A DNA stretch of 64,000 nt from Octopus sinensis (lineage: Eukaryota): NCBI RefSeq assembly GCF_006345805.1, contig NC_043002.1, forward strand, positions 66,836,001 through 66,900,000, given 5' to 3'. Both the position numbers and the translations under genes were made by a program. A model generated the notes under the pieces. That model did not search any database. It was not told the DNA's origin and saw only the letters and a list, made by a program, of their open reading frames with translations. This document shows positions 12,507 through 25,524 of this stretch, piece by piece. Position 1 is the first letter of the stretch. Each line of letters opens with the position of its first letter.

Positions 12507-12519
<13 letters not shown>
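12123..12519. mobile_element. AT-rich element ending in a ~195-bp palindrome, probably a Penelope-like pseudo-LTR remnant
   Basis: Spacer-less inverted repeat centred at 12422/12423, bounded by (TA)n on both sides. Family call is inference. Confidence 0.5.
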
Positions 12520-12562
<43 letters not shown>

Positions 12563-12566
<4 letters not shown>

Positions 12567-13841
12567 TGCGAAGAGTAAATTGTTAGCATGTTATATTTTT
12601 TTTATTTCGCACATCTGCATTATTTGCTTTTGATTTTATCGACTACACAGTATAGTATGGTCAGTTGGGCACATTCTGTGAGAAAAACAGCACCATGACG
12701 CAATTCACTCTGCCAGAAATTTGGAAACCACATGCTGTGCTGCTTGGCATCCGCACCGGAAACTCCAATACGAGCATTTCAGAGCGTTTGGGTGTCAGTC
12801 TGAGGACAGTACAGTGGATTTGGAAAGAGTTGGATGAGTCTAAGAGTGATTACGAAGGTACGGCAACTCGGAAAACTCACGCTGGTCCTTCTTATAAAAA
12901 AAAGAACTCCTGGGTTTGTTGGTGCGATCCAGGCCATGTTTGACAACCATCCCTCCAAGTCAATATGGTCCACCGCCAGGGACATGGGAGTGTCTGAGTT
13001 TCTTATCAGGCAGGTAGTGCATGAAGACATTCGGTATTCCTCATGCAAGATGAGAAAGGGCCAACTTTTATCCCGAGCCGTCAAGGATAAGAGCAAAGAC
13101 CGCGCTACGAAGCTTTTGCACAAAGTCAAGCATCCCATCCTACCGAGCATGCTTTAGTTTTTCTCAGACGAGAAAAATTTCTGCCAGGATCAAAATGGTG
13201 AACACACAGAACCACCGTTGGCCTGCCGTACCCCAAAACATGTACCGAGAGTGATAAAAAAATTAAACATTCAGTCAACAGCTTGGTGTTTATAGTGATC
13301 ACTAGTGATGGCGACATTATGCTTCGATTCATCTTCCTACACGACCTCACACTCAATTCGGAGGCCTACATCAACCGTCTAGAGGAGGTAGTGCTGCTCT
13401 GGGTCAAGAGGGTGGTCGCTGGAACACCCCATGTTTAGCTAACAGGACTCTGCAACATGCCACACAAGCAGGAGAATCCAATCATGACTATCAGACAATT
13501 TCTGCGACCACATCATCCCTAACGTCTGGCCACATAGATTCCCACAGTGCACCCACTAATCATTATGTGTGGAGCGCAGTTGAGCAAGAGACCAACAAAA
13601 CTCCTTGTAAGATCAAAGATAAACTGAATGCAAGGATTATGGCAACATTCACCAACTTGAACAGAGAGACCGTGCAGAAGAGTTGCAGGAAATTCCGAAG
13701 TCGTCTGGAGGCCGTAGTTGAAGTCAATGGCGATTTTATTGAATAAATTTATCTTTTAGTATTTCAAGAATTTTTTATGCAAAACGAGATCTCAGTGTTA
13801 TTTTCATTTCTGCGTAATTTAGACGACAATTTATTCATCGC

Positions 13842-13847
<6 letters not shown>
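12563..13847 (+). mobile_element. Tc1/mariner DD37D (maT-like) transposon, full length, decayed transposase
   Basis: TIRs TATGGTGCGAAGAGTAAATTGT / ACAATTTATTCATCGCACCCTA inside (TA)n. HTH region, FFSDEKNF, QQDSATCH, and WP..SP.CNPL(D/N) with 37 residues between the 2nd and 3rd catalytic positions after one frameshift fix. Several stops and frameshifts. Confidence 0.9.
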
Positions 13848-13895
<48 letters not shown>

Positions 13896-14147
13896 ATATA
13901 TATAATATATATATATATATATAATAAAGATATAGATAGATACAGATTAGAAGATAAATAATCAGTAGAGCATACATACGCATCTGTGTTTATACATGTG
14001 CCCGTCTTTGCGTAAACGCGCGCTTTTTTCTGAATAAACAAACGTTAGTTATCCGACAATTGTTCATAAATCAGATAAACAGATAATTTCTTAGGAAACA
14101 TTAGTTTCTCTTTAATTATTTTATACACACTCACATACATATGTATA

Positions 14148-14182
<35 letters not shown>

Positions 14183-14404
14183 ACACACACTCACACATAT
14201 AACTGTGTGTTTTTTAACTTTAGAACTCATATGGGCGGTTAGCCGGTTTCCATGGCGTATAAGTAGCCGAGATCATAACATTTCCCTTGAAAGAGACGTT
14301 GGTGCGTTGTAGGGTTCAACGCCAGTAATTTTGAGGGAAGGGGACAAATTGATTACTTAGACCCCAGCATTTGACTGAGATCTTATTTTATCGACCACGA
14401 AGCC

Positions 14405-14528
14405 TTACTCTTTTACTTTTTTACTTGTTTCAGTCATTTGAATGCGGCCATGCTGGAGCACCGCCTTTAGTCGAGCAAATCGACCCCAGGACTTATTCTT
14501 TGTAAGCCTAGTACTTATTCTATCGGTA
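14405..14528 (-). mobile_element. SINE-A 3' module
   Basis: Reverse complement of the CR1-like tail and adjacent segment. Confidence 0.85.
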
Positions 14529-15284
14529 TGAAACGAGTAAAAGAGCAAAGAGAGAGTATAGCATCTTATGGAACTTTGTATTCAAATTCACTGTAGATAT
14601 TTTATTGAATATTTTGGAAGCGTCTTTCAATGTATCACAAATATACTTCATTAAAGTATTAACTTTAGTAACTAGTGTCCGAACTAGAAAATGTATCTCT
14701 CATTCATTTGTTACCCTGAAATGATAGCTAATTATTGATACCCCTCCCCAACAAATACACACACGGACACACCCACTTGCACACACATGCACATGCGCAC
14801 AGAAATACACAAACAAGTATATAAACCATCTAACCTTGATCAATGCAAAATTCAAAAGACACATCAACAATAATCACTCTCGCGTGATTATCAATATATA
14901 TGAAAAGCAAAAAGAAATACATACCTTCTTCTAATCAAGGAAATGCTTGATGAAAATAGAAGCTATCACAGATTAATAAATTATAAACGATCCAATAAAA
15001 CAAAATACAACATCTCAAGCTTGTCTTCCTCCAACAAATACAACTGGAATAAACATTAGGTTACTAAATCAACCAACCAAGAGATAAAAGTATAAGCAAT
15101 CAACAGAGGTAAAAAGCAAACCAATAAAAAGACACAAGCAAGAGACGACATCTACCTCTCACTAAAATGGGGTCTTGGGGGCAGCAATTTCAATGAAAAA
15201 TCTCATACATCTCGTGAAGTACAAAATTATGATCCAGGATCAGATTCAGAGAAATATGGTTGATCCCCAACATTTTTTCAAGAT

Positions 15285-15529
15285 CAGTGGTTCTCAACCT
15301 ATCTGACTTTTACGGCTCCATATAAGATTTTGCTAAAGTTTGTGTGTAATGAAGTGGTTATACTTCTACAGTACCTAAAATAGTTTAACAACTTTTTTTT
15401 ATACAATTCCTAATAATATTTAATTATAAAAATATATGATTTTTAAAACATTGAATGGCTACAGGGGTCAACCCGAATAAAATAGGAATCAAAGTGGTCC
15501 ATATGTACAAAAATAGTTGAGAAACACAG
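15285..15529 (+). mobile_element. hAT (Charlie-like) MITE
   Basis: TIRs CAGTGGTTCTCAAC / GTTGAGAAACACAG. 8-bp TSD TTCAAGAT/TTCTAGAT matching the nTCTAGAn target. Confidence 0.85.
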
Positions 15530-15559
15530 TTCTAGATGCTAAGATTAACTCTGAAAACG

Positions 15560-16260
15560 TCCCTGACCTTGAGAGGTAAATATTTCTCTGACAATCACAG
15601 GTACAGAAAAAAATAGGCTTTCTATGAAGATAAACTATAGCTGTTGGTCCCAACATGAAATGAACATCTCAAATAAACCCGCCAAGCAGGTAATCCTAGA
15701 CTGCTTAAGCCGAAGTGCAGAAGCTTGCCTGTTAGATCAAATATGCGACATTAAGTAGGTATTGTATGAAGCTGAAGTCACCTAAAACCAGACGATCGGT
15801 AAAAAAAAGTCACATAGGCATGTATAGGGAGCGATCAGAGAAAAATTTTAGAACTAAGAGTCATAATTCAGTCACACTGACAACAGAAATTTCACGACTC
15901 TAGTAAGTTACACCTAACGATATATATTAACCATTTAGATAACTCACATTATTAAATCTAACAAACCGCTCACAGCTTTCTGTCTTCGCCATGCCTAACA
16001 TCCTACTCCTCGACCATACGTCAACACACCAGAATAAACACACTTCTAACATGAATCTTTATGAATATGCCGAGGTGCTACACCCCAAAATATATCAGTA
16101 ATCCTGTAGACATTCTTAGGAACTGAAGACAGTCTTCAGCATATTATACGACATAATATAAATCCAATCAACAAACTATGATACACAACTTAAATTTCTG
16201 TAAATCTGATGCCTACTGATACAACGTCTTTGTCCAAATTCTCATAAATCACCGTCAGCT
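15560..16260 (+). mobile_element. Penelope-like element remnant (GIY-YIG region)
   Basis: Degenerate motifs INYSC.PNM, ACLLDQIC..VLYEAEVT and KSHIGM, resembling the PLE KISYSC / CPL.G.C..V.Y.A.V / YIG motifs. Confidence 0.55.
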
Positions 16261-16579
16261 ACAATCTGTAATATTTAAGGCGTTATCTTTGAACATTATT
16301 ACTATTAAAATTCAATGGCTTGCGATTAACCACCGGAGAACCTAGTTGGTGGCAGCAAGATGACAGTCCACTTTTATTGTTAAAGGATATAGTTGACAAT
16401 TATAAAATGTGAAGTAAAGTTTGAGCACAAATTGCATAGCGCTGGGGAAATATTTTGTGACAATTGCATTTCTCGTGTGTATTAGAACCATAAATGGAAT
16501 GAAATCTTTTCGACCTGGATTCGAAACTAATCAATATAGCAAAACTTCGTCAAAAACTTACCTCTTCTTTACGAGTATA

Positions 16580-16778
16580 CTGGTTTAAAATTTTGGCACA
16601 AGGCCAGCAAGGGAGGTAATCGATTATATCGACCCCGGTAATCAACTGGTACTTATTTTGTCGACCCCTGAAAGGCAAAGCCGACCTGAGCGGAATTTGA
16701 ACTCAAAACGTACTGACGGACGAATTGCCGCTAAGCGTTTTTCCCGACGTGCTAACGATTCTGCCAGCTCGCCGCCTT
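16580..16778 (-). mobile_element. SINE-B (tail-3 variant)
   Basis: Head to GCTGGCCTTGTGCCAAAATTT tail, reverse complement. Confidence 0.85.
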
Positions 16779-16877
16779 CTTCTGCAGAAATATATTAAGC
16801 GACTTCGTTATTGAAATGACTATTGCTTTGTTACTAACGTTTGATTCTCTACTGAAACACGAATACATTAATATGAA

Positions 16878-16912
<35 letters not shown>

Positions 16913-17017
16913 CAAAAGAATATATCTATAGTGTGCATATTTGTAAATTGATGTATGAGCTTCGTATTTTAATTCATGATCATACTTATGGACACGTACA
17001 CTGCGAAGGAAAAAGCT

Positions 17018-17074
<57 letters not shown>

Positions 17075-17867
17075 AACATTCAATGTCTAAAAATATCGTA
17101 ACTGAGGAAGAAGTTCAATTAGTTATGTAAGTAAATGAAGGCGACCCGGATATAAGTGTTATGGCCTTTTATACCAACCATACCAAGTAGGTACTCGTAC
17201 CAATAGCTTAACCTCGCGAGACCTCACATATATTGAGAAAATAAATTAACAGAAAATAATTTGCAGAAGATGTCTTTCCCTTAGATATATGTTTACGTAT
17301 GTGTATGTATATTTATATATCATATTACATAAGCATATATGTGTGTGTATATATATGTATATATATATAATATTACACGCGCGCAGACACACACATATAT
17401 TTGAAAAGAATGACTTCGCTAGTAGTTCTAATCAATTTAATTTTCTTATAATATAATATAATTTTATTTTACTGTATGATTTTTAGATCTAGTAAGTTCC
17501 TTGTTAACTTTGGTGGGGAGATGTTTTAAAGATTCCGTGTTAACTCTTTTGGAGAACTTTCTCGCATTCGTCGATGGCGGTTGTCAAACTGATTTTCGGG
17601 TTGTGTTGTGCTGTGTGAATCTGTATAAAGAGATTTGGACATGTCGGGGTTTGTTAATAATAAGTGTAAGAGTGAAGGAGTATTGATGAACCAGAGCTGA
17701 AAGAAAATAGTGAATGGTAAAAGAAACCCCCCAAAAAAACCCCAAAAAACTGGTCTACAAACCAAGCTGTAAAATTAAATTAAATTATATATTAGTAGAA
17801 AATTAAATTGATTAGAACAACCAGAGAAGTCATTCTTTTTCTTTTTCAAACATTCCTAACTGCACCA

Positions 17868-17894
<27 letters not shown>

Positions 17895-17899
<5 letters not shown>

Positions 17900-18239
17900 T
17901 CTTGTTTCAGTCTTTTGGCTGTGACCATGCTGGAAGCCCGCTTTTAGTCCAACAAATCGACCCCAGAACTTATTCTTTGTAAGCCTGGTATTTATACTAT
18001 CGGTCACTTTTGCCGAACAGCTAAATTACGGGGAAGTAAACACACCAACATCGGTGTCAATCGATAATGGGGAGACAAACACAGGCAGACAAATACATAC
18101 ATATATTGATATATATATATGTGTGTGTGTGTATATATGTGTGTGTGTATATATGTGTGTGTGTGTATATATGTGTGTGTGTGTGTATATATGTGTGTGT
18201 ATATGTGTGTATGTGTGTGTGTATATGTGTGTGTGTGTG

Positions 18240-18270
<31 letters not shown>

Positions 18271-18365
18271 ATATATATATATGTGTGTGTGTATATATAT
18301 ATAAACATACGAAGGGCTTCTTTCAGTTTCCGTCTACCGAATCTACTCACAAGTCACCTGACAGT
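17895..18365 (-). mobile_element. SINE-A with a ~200-bp expanded internal TA/TG array
   Basis: 3' module at 17895-18090, array about 18105-18305, CORE end at 18310-18365. Confidence 0.85.
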
Positions 18366-18595
18366 AAATCAAAACCATTCAATTCCAAGATTTAAACAAA
18401 AAAAATATTTTATACGAGACTTCGCTTATAAATAGACAAATGCCAAAAAAAAAAAAGTGATTTTAACTCACAACACTCAACTGTTAAACATTCATAATTG
18501 GAATGAATAAATAAAATTGAATATTAAGTCTTTATTGAATTTTGATTTACTGTCGGGTGACTTTTGGCCAACTCTCTCTCTCTCTCTCTACTATA

Positions 18596-18657
<62 letters not shown>

Positions 18658-18671
18658 GTGTGTGTGTGTGT

Positions 18672-19712
18672 GTGGTGGTTGCCTCCTCCTCGTGCAGAGT
18701 TTGACCATCTCCTGTACCTACACCTTAGAACCATCATAGCATCTGATGTGGCATTTTAAGCAGACAATGTTCTGAAAAGACACCCACATAGATTGCACAT
18801 CCGATTTGGACCACCAAGAGCTGCAGATAAGTTCTGATCTTTGTGGATCTTTAAATGGCTTCTGAGGCCTCCGTTAGATTTGCAAACCTTCTGGTATACA
18901 CTGCATTCAAAGGTGTGCACAGACATATAGGCTGAACAGTTCGTAGAGGCTCGTTTTCCATGGGTTCGCAAATGAGATTTGAGCCTAGAAAAAGAAAAGC
19001 ATGGTCTGTCACAAACTGTGCACACAAAAAGGTCATTGTCATTCACCTTCTCGTCATTCTTCCTTAGATCTCTTTTGAGTCTTACATGCATTATCCTGGC
19101 CTCTTCAGATGCTTTCACTTCACTCCACACTTTTGTTCGCCATCCAACTCGATCTGAAGCAAGGGTTTCCATGTCTTCTGGATCCATTCCAAGTGACTTC
19201 ATAGTAGTTCTTACGTCGTCCTTAAACCTTTTTTTAGGTTTACGCCGATAGCGTTTCCTCTCTGCAAGCTCACCATAAAACAGCTGTTTCGGCATGCCTT
19301 CAACCGCCATTCGAACAATATGGCCACACCATCTCATTTGGTTCCTCAAAATCATAGCTTTTATTGACATCTGTGTTTGGAGTAAAAGAAGTCTATTTAA
19401 TTTTTAAAATGCGATGAAGGCATTTTTGGTGGAATTGTTCTAACAATTTAAAATGTCTTTCATAACAAGTCCATGTTTCACAAGAATACAACGGGGATGG
19501 TATGACAAATGATTTATAAAGAGCCAGCTTTGTATTCTTATTTATATGTCGCTGGCACCAAACGCGTGACTCCAAACCACCAAATGGTTTTGCTGTCCTT
19601 TGAATTCGCAGATGTATTTCTGTATCAAGATTTCTATCATTTTGTACAGAGCTTCCAAGGCAGATGAACGAATCGACAACCTCAAGTAACTTACCCGTAA
19701 CAAAAATTTTAG
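18672..19712 (-). mobile_element. RTE LINE, 5'-truncated, with three C-terminal C2H2 fingers
   Basis: LEVVDSFICLGS, LYSCETWT, RWCGHIVRM..MPKQLFYGEL, then CTVCDRPC..LKSHLRTH, CSVYQKVC..LRSHLKIH, CNLCGCLF..(frameshift)LKCHIR. (CA)n tail. Confidence 0.9.
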
Positions 19713-19758
19713 GCGGGTTATATATATATATATATTATAGTGTGTGTGTGTGTATATA

Positions 19759-19799
<41 letters not shown>

Positions 19800-19964
19800 A
19801 TTTATTTATTTATTCATTTTTCATGTTTGTTTTAATGTATGATTTTATACAAAAACTGTCAATCATGATTAAGGCTACACAAACGAAACTTCGAAGTAAT
19901 TATTAACTTTACCGCATGCACATATAGTATGATTTGTTTCCCAAACGGGATAAAGAAAACTCAC

Positions 19965-20048
19965 GACGTAAGTAGCCTCGTGTCAAGGCGCATATCAAAT
20001 TTTATGTTCCGAGTGTTCAGATATCGCCGGGATTGAGTTATCCAGACG
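19965..20048 (-). CDS. candidate internal exon (84 nt, phase 2-2)
   Basis: Acceptor tatttatcttatag|, donor GTC|gtgagt, open frame xVWITQSRRYLNTRNIKFDMRLDTRLLTx. No homology recognised. Confidence 0.25.
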
Positions 20049-20200
20049 CTATAAGATAAATACTAACTGAATACGGTAGAAACGTGGGTTAAATGCCTTG
20101 TATTATACCTGCGTCTCTTAACATCTGAGGTTCAATTTCAGAAGTGTTAAGTTTGCTTAGCGACCAGCTGGAATCGATAAAGACAAATTCCACTGACATA

Positions 20201-21117
20201 CAGTAATACCTCGACTATCGGGGGTGTTACGTTCCAAAGCCCCACCTCTGTGATAGTTGAAAATCCGCAAAGTAGAAACAGTACTGTATATTTTTACTCT
20301 CTTTACCTGTTTCAGTCATTTGACTGTGGCCATGCTGGAGCACCACCCTTAGTCAAGCAAGTCGACCCCAGGAATATTTCTTTGTAAGACTAGTACTTAT
20401 TCTATCGGACTCTTTTGCCGAACCGCTAAGTTACGGGGACAAGCACACCAGCATCGGTTGTCAAGTGATGTTGGGAGGACAAACACAGACACACACAAAC
20501 ACACACACGCATACACACACACACCACACACACGCATATATATATACATATATACGACGGGCTTATTTCAGTTTCCATCTACCTAATCTACTCACAAAGC
20601 TTTGGTCGGCCCGAGGCTATAGTAGAAGACACTTGCCCAAGGTGCCACGCAGTTGGACTGAACCCGGGGCCATGTGATTGGTAAGCAAGCTACTTACCAC
20701 ACAGCTACTCCTACGCCTACTTTTAAAATTATTTTTATAATTTGTATACATTTATTTTATTATAAATGCAAAACAACACCACACACTCGCCTCCTGAGTT
20801 TCGTTTTCCATACGGTATGTGCGACTCTTTGTTTACTCATCTACGATACACAATGTATTTCCTTTTAATTTATTTTAATTAATGTCTTATACAGTACTGT
20901 ACTGTATTTTTATTTATTAATCTATTAATTTTCAAACGGGAAAATGTTTATTTTACCTCAGAAATGATTAAAATCTAAAAAATATAAATACCTATCGGCC
21001 ACAGAAATCCGCGATATACTGTTGAGACCGCGATATAAATTTACATATATTAACCAGAAAAATCCGCGATATACTGAATGCGCGATCGATAAACGGCGAT
21101 ATGGCGTGTGATTACTG
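20201..21117 (+). mobile_element. Tigger/pogo-like MITE interrupted by SINE-A
   Basis: TA|CAGTAATACCTCG ... GTGATTACTG|TA. Internal sequence shared with 22731-22959. Confidence 0.85.
20296..20718 (-). mobile_element. SINE-A, full length, nested in the MITE
   Basis: Complete reverse complement of the SINE-A consensus. Confidence 0.9.
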
Positions 21118-21773
21118 TATTGGTGTTGAATTAATCGATTATATCACTTCCATTCATATGTCTCACTTTGTTCCTATGTTAGAAATAATTTTTATTGTAA
21201 TTAAAACTGTTTAATTGTTGATACAGCCTTAATTTCATTCTAACCATTATTTATTTATTTGTTCCTATATATGATGGAATCCCCCTCTCTACTTGAAGAG
21301 ATATGATCTAAGATTAGGTGAAAGGATTTCTGATTTAGACACAAAGCCTGATACTTTGCTATATCGATTCCGGAAGAACGAATGGTAAAGTTTACCCCAG
21401 CAAGAATTGAACTTAGATCATTAAACAACCAGAACAATACCGAAAGCATGTTATTTTCTGATGCCTTAACGATTCTGCCAGCTCGTCGCTATTTTTTTTT
21501 ACTAATGCTCTGTCGAGTCTGCTAGTAAATATAATTATTTCTACTATACACACAAAGCCTGGTATTTTGCAGGAAGTGGGTTAGTCGGTTACATCGACCC
21601 CAGGTATTTATTTTATCGATCCTGAAAGGATGAACGACAAAGTCGACTTCGATGGAATTTAAACTCAGAATGTGAAATCAAGAAGAAATGCCGCTAAGCA
21701 TTTTGTCCAAGATTAAATACAATAAAATAAGCAATAGATAGAACCTCGTAAAGTTGTTTTTCTGGAAGTTTAC

Positions 21774-21920
21774 CATTTTTGCTACGGCAGTCACATAAAC
21801 AGTTTTGAACACATTTAATAAACTGAATTCATTGATTAAACTATTTTCATGAGATTGGAACTGTTTCCGCTGAATCTTAGAACCGTAAATAGACTCCAGA
21901 AATCTACAAGTTGATAGCAG
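21774..21920 (-). CDS. candidate internal exon (147 nt, phase 0-0)
   Basis: Acceptor tttcccttgatttctcacttag|, donor ATG|gtaaac, 49 open codons LLSTCRFLESIYGSKIQRKQ...TAVAKM. No homology recognised. Confidence 0.2.
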
Positions 21921-22153
21921 CTAAGTGAGAAATCAAGGGAAACTCATAAATCTCTGCTTAACTTTAACCGGTCGTCTGTTTGCTTTTGATAACAATGGTA
22001 GTTACAGATTGAAGTAGTACACACACACACACACACACACACACATCACTTCCTAGCTGTGTGTCGTATACATACACGCAGACATAAACATACTTCACCT
22101 CTTTTCTTTGCTTTCTATCACGAACGCGCATACACACATGCACACTCACATAT

Positions 22154-22186
<33 letters not shown>

Positions 22187-22288
22187 ACACACACACACAC
22201 ATACACACACTCTCTTTTCATTGCTATCTACGTACATCTATGCCCTGCCACACACACACACACACAAACCTCTTTTCCGTGCTTTCTA

Positions 22289-22330
<42 letters not shown>

Positions 22331-22632
22331 CTCTTTTCCGTGCTTTCTATCACACACACACACAAACATTGATTTATAACTTTGTAAAGAAAGTATGGAC
22401 GGTTTTGCTTCCAATCGATTTTCTTTTTCAGTCTTCAGAAATTAATGAAGTATGCATTGATGATGCTACGATTCCAGTGATTCATTACCATTTTCTGCTT
22501 TCTTTTAGAAAGAATGCCAAAGCTAATCACATTTAAACACAGGCATCTCTCCATATCTGGCCGTTTACTTTGGGTCATGGGAGTTCAGCTTCAAAACTTG
22601 CCTTTATTTCGCATATTTTCCTTCTTTTAATC

Positions 22633-23150
22633 CAGTGCTTCTCAACTGGGGTCCATATGATCTTTAAGGGTCCGTATAAGATTTTGCTGTTAAAATTTAT
22701 CGGCGATAAATTGTTTATAGTTCTAGAATACAGTACTCCCTCGATTATCGCAGGTGTTACGTTCCAACTCCACCCACCCCCGCGATAGGTGAACATCCGT
22801 GAAGTAGAAACAGTGTTGTACTGTATATTTTTATTATTGTTTTTATAATTTGTATATATTTATTTTATTATAAATGCAAAAACAACACCACGGCAGAATC
22901 GACGAAAGCTTAAATAATAAATCGCGATAGGTGAACCGCAATATGGCGAAGGATTACTGTACACAAAATATTTTAACAATTTTTTGATACAATTTTTAAT
23001 ATTTAATTATAAAAGAATATAATAGGATTTTCTTTAAAATATCGAATTACTGTGAGGGTTCACCGGAATAAATAAGAACCACCGGAATAAATAAGAATCA
23101 AAGGAGTGCTTAGGCAAATAAAAAAAAAAAAAAAACAATCGAGAACATAT
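22633..23150 (+). mobile_element. hAT MITE (same family as 15285) containing a Tigger-like MITE
   Basis: Left TIR CAGTGCTTCTCAAC. Body matches 15285-15529; right end degenerate. Confidence 0.75.
22731..22959 (+). mobile_element. Tigger/pogo-like MITE
   Basis: TA|CAGTACTCCCTCGATTATCGC ... GGCGAAGGATTACTG|TA. Confidence 0.85.
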
Positions 23151-23154
23151 GCGT

Positions 23155-23330
23155 AAGAGTGGCTGTGTGGTAAGTACCTTGCTTACGAACCACGTGGTTC
23201 CGGCTTCAGTTCCACTGCGTGGCATCTTGGGCAAGTGTCTTCTACTATAGCCTCGGACCGACCAAAGCTTTGTGAGTGGATTTGGTAGACGGAAACTGAA
23301 AGAAGCCCGTCGTATATATGTATATTTATG

Positions 23331-23387
<57 letters not shown>

Positions 23388-23575
23388 TTGTCTTCCCAAC
23401 ATCGCTTGACAACCGATGTTGGTGTGTTTACGTCCCCGTAACTTAGCGGTTCGGCAAAAGAACCGATAGAATAAGTACTAGGCTTACAAAGAATAAGTCC
23501 TGGGGTCGACTTGCTCGACTAAAGGCGGTGCTCCGGAATGGTCACAGTCAAATGACTGGACCAAGAAAAAGAATA
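23155..23575 (+). mobile_element. SINE-A, full length
   Basis: Consensus match with internal (TG)n. Confidence 0.9.
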
Positions 23576-23676
23576 AGCGAATAAACTACTGTTTTAATCT
23601 ATTATTCAGAAGGACTGCAGTGCCCACGCCCTTTAGAGAGGCTCTGAGATGAGTGGGAGAAAGGTATCGTCTAACT

Positions 23677-23882
23677 CAGTGGTTCTCAAAGATCCAGAGG
23701 GGCGTTGAAGAAAAATGGGCGATAATGGGGTGATTAAAACGGGGCAATGTATGTAAGAAAAACATACAAATTAAAGGGTTAATTAGGTATTTGTGAAATA
23801 CTGTTATTTTGAATTTGCTGCAGAAAATGGTTTATGTCTGTGATGGTGAGTGGGGGCGGGGTACTAGGTTTGGGAACCACTG
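23677..23882 (+). mobile_element. hAT MITE (second family)
   Basis: TIRs CAGTGGTTCTCAAA / TTTGGGAACCACTG. TSD GTCTAACT/CTCTAACT. Confidence 0.85.
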
Positions 23883-24539
23883 CTCTAACTGGAGAACTGT
23901 CCTGAATGCTTGTAACTGAGCTGACTCCACTAAAAGTACACAAAGTGTCGGGTGATGGTGTCAAACCGGGTAGAGGGTTAAGTCTACAATCCAAGTAAGC
24001 CGTGGCGGAATTTGAGCTCAGAAAACTGAGACCCGGAACAAATACCACAAAGCATTTGATCCGATATTCTTTCTCACAGCTCTAATAATCCTTGGATTGT
24101 TAATTCATTTTGTCAACCACGAAAGGAAAAGAGGCAAGTTGAGCTTGAATGGAATTGGAATCCAAACCTTTAAGGGTCGGAACAAAAACATGAAGCATGC
24201 TATCCGATGCTCTAACAACTCTGTCAATTCGCTGTGTTACGAAGGCTTACTTAAACACTTAATCGGTTTAACACAGCTACATGACCCCTGGTGGTAGAGG
24301 TGGACTTCAACCGAGTTAGCTTTCTTGTGATCATTCCCGTTTTGGAGGCCTCAAAAATGACATGGTCTTTGTTTTTCTTTCTCTGACCAAATTGTTCATT
24401 ATACTACCCTAAAAAACTCCTGGTGAACATCAGTCTTCTCCCCAAGAAAGTATTTAAAACCATTCTTGCAATTTCATTAAAAGATCTCTAATTATATGCT
24501 ATCTACTTAAGCACTTCGTTCCCTATGGATCATAGCCCA

Positions 24540-24860
24540 CTGAAGACCTTTTTCCTACTGTTTTCGATTCTGGATTGTCTTTTATGCTTCTCTCAAGCTG
24601 GATCCCTGCTTTTTCCGCACTGCCTCATTATCTCGCCCTATATGCTTTCCAAAGGGAAGGCCTTCCACTCTCAGGTCTTGGTTTGAATTGTCATCAACGC
24701 TTTGTTTTTTACAGGTAGGGGCATTGGTTCTACGCAAACCCATTTTAACCTCTAGTAAGAGGTGGTCCACATTCGTCTGGCACTTGTCCAGCGCGGGAGA
24801 CCCTACTCTGCCAGGAGCTTGCACTCTGCTAGCATAGCTCTCTGAGTCACTGAGGCGCAC
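24540..24860 (-). mobile_element. probable non-LTR (RTE-type) 5' UTR fragment
   Basis: CTATGCTAGCAGAGTGCAAGCTCCTGGCAGAGTAGGGTCTCCC resembles LINE 5' UTRs by recollection only. Confidence 0.3.
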
Positions 24861-25524
24861 ATGTGATCACACCGCAGTAAGAACATGAACTTTCGAAATT
24901 GCATAGAGAGCTATGGGGCTATTTGAGTTTGGCGTCTTGATCACTTATACTACGCAGACCCCGTTCTTGTCTTGTGGGGGAACTTAAGCAGCGTGAACAT
25001 TATGTCGAGGTATTTTTCATGCTATTGCATGCAGCTATCAAATCAACATAGCCTTATGTGTAATATCTACATGCATGTAAATGTAATCATATCACATATC
25101 AGTAATAACCCAGATAAAAATATCACTGGAGCTTAACATAGCACATGATATTCTGAAATTGACTAATATGAACACGCACACATACACAACCATACACAAC
25201 CATACACAAGCATACACAAAAACACATACACTCATACACACACAAGCACACGCACAAATACACACACGTATATGAGTTTATATGTATGTGTTTATATGTG
25301 CGTGTTCATATATGTACACTATATATGTGTGTAGATATATACATATATAGGTGTGCACTCAGACACACCAGTATATGTCTGTATACATACATGCATATTC
25401 ACGCATGTATGCATGCGTATGTGTATATAGGTACATGTACACACATCTGTATGTGTGTTTATAGTAGTCCTCTGCTCAGTTCACACACACACACACACAC
25501 ACACACATATAATAATAATAAATG

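Noticed and set aside
16095-16160. Hammerhead ribozyme at CTGAAGA in the Penelope remnant, and a CTGAGA..GAAA motif near 47640
   Set aside because: GAAA core or N7 missing and stems II/III cannot be formed.
21280-21385. Apparent exon RYDLRLGERISDLDTK...|gtaaag
   Set aside because: The donor and 3' half are a degenerate SINE-B on the minus strand.
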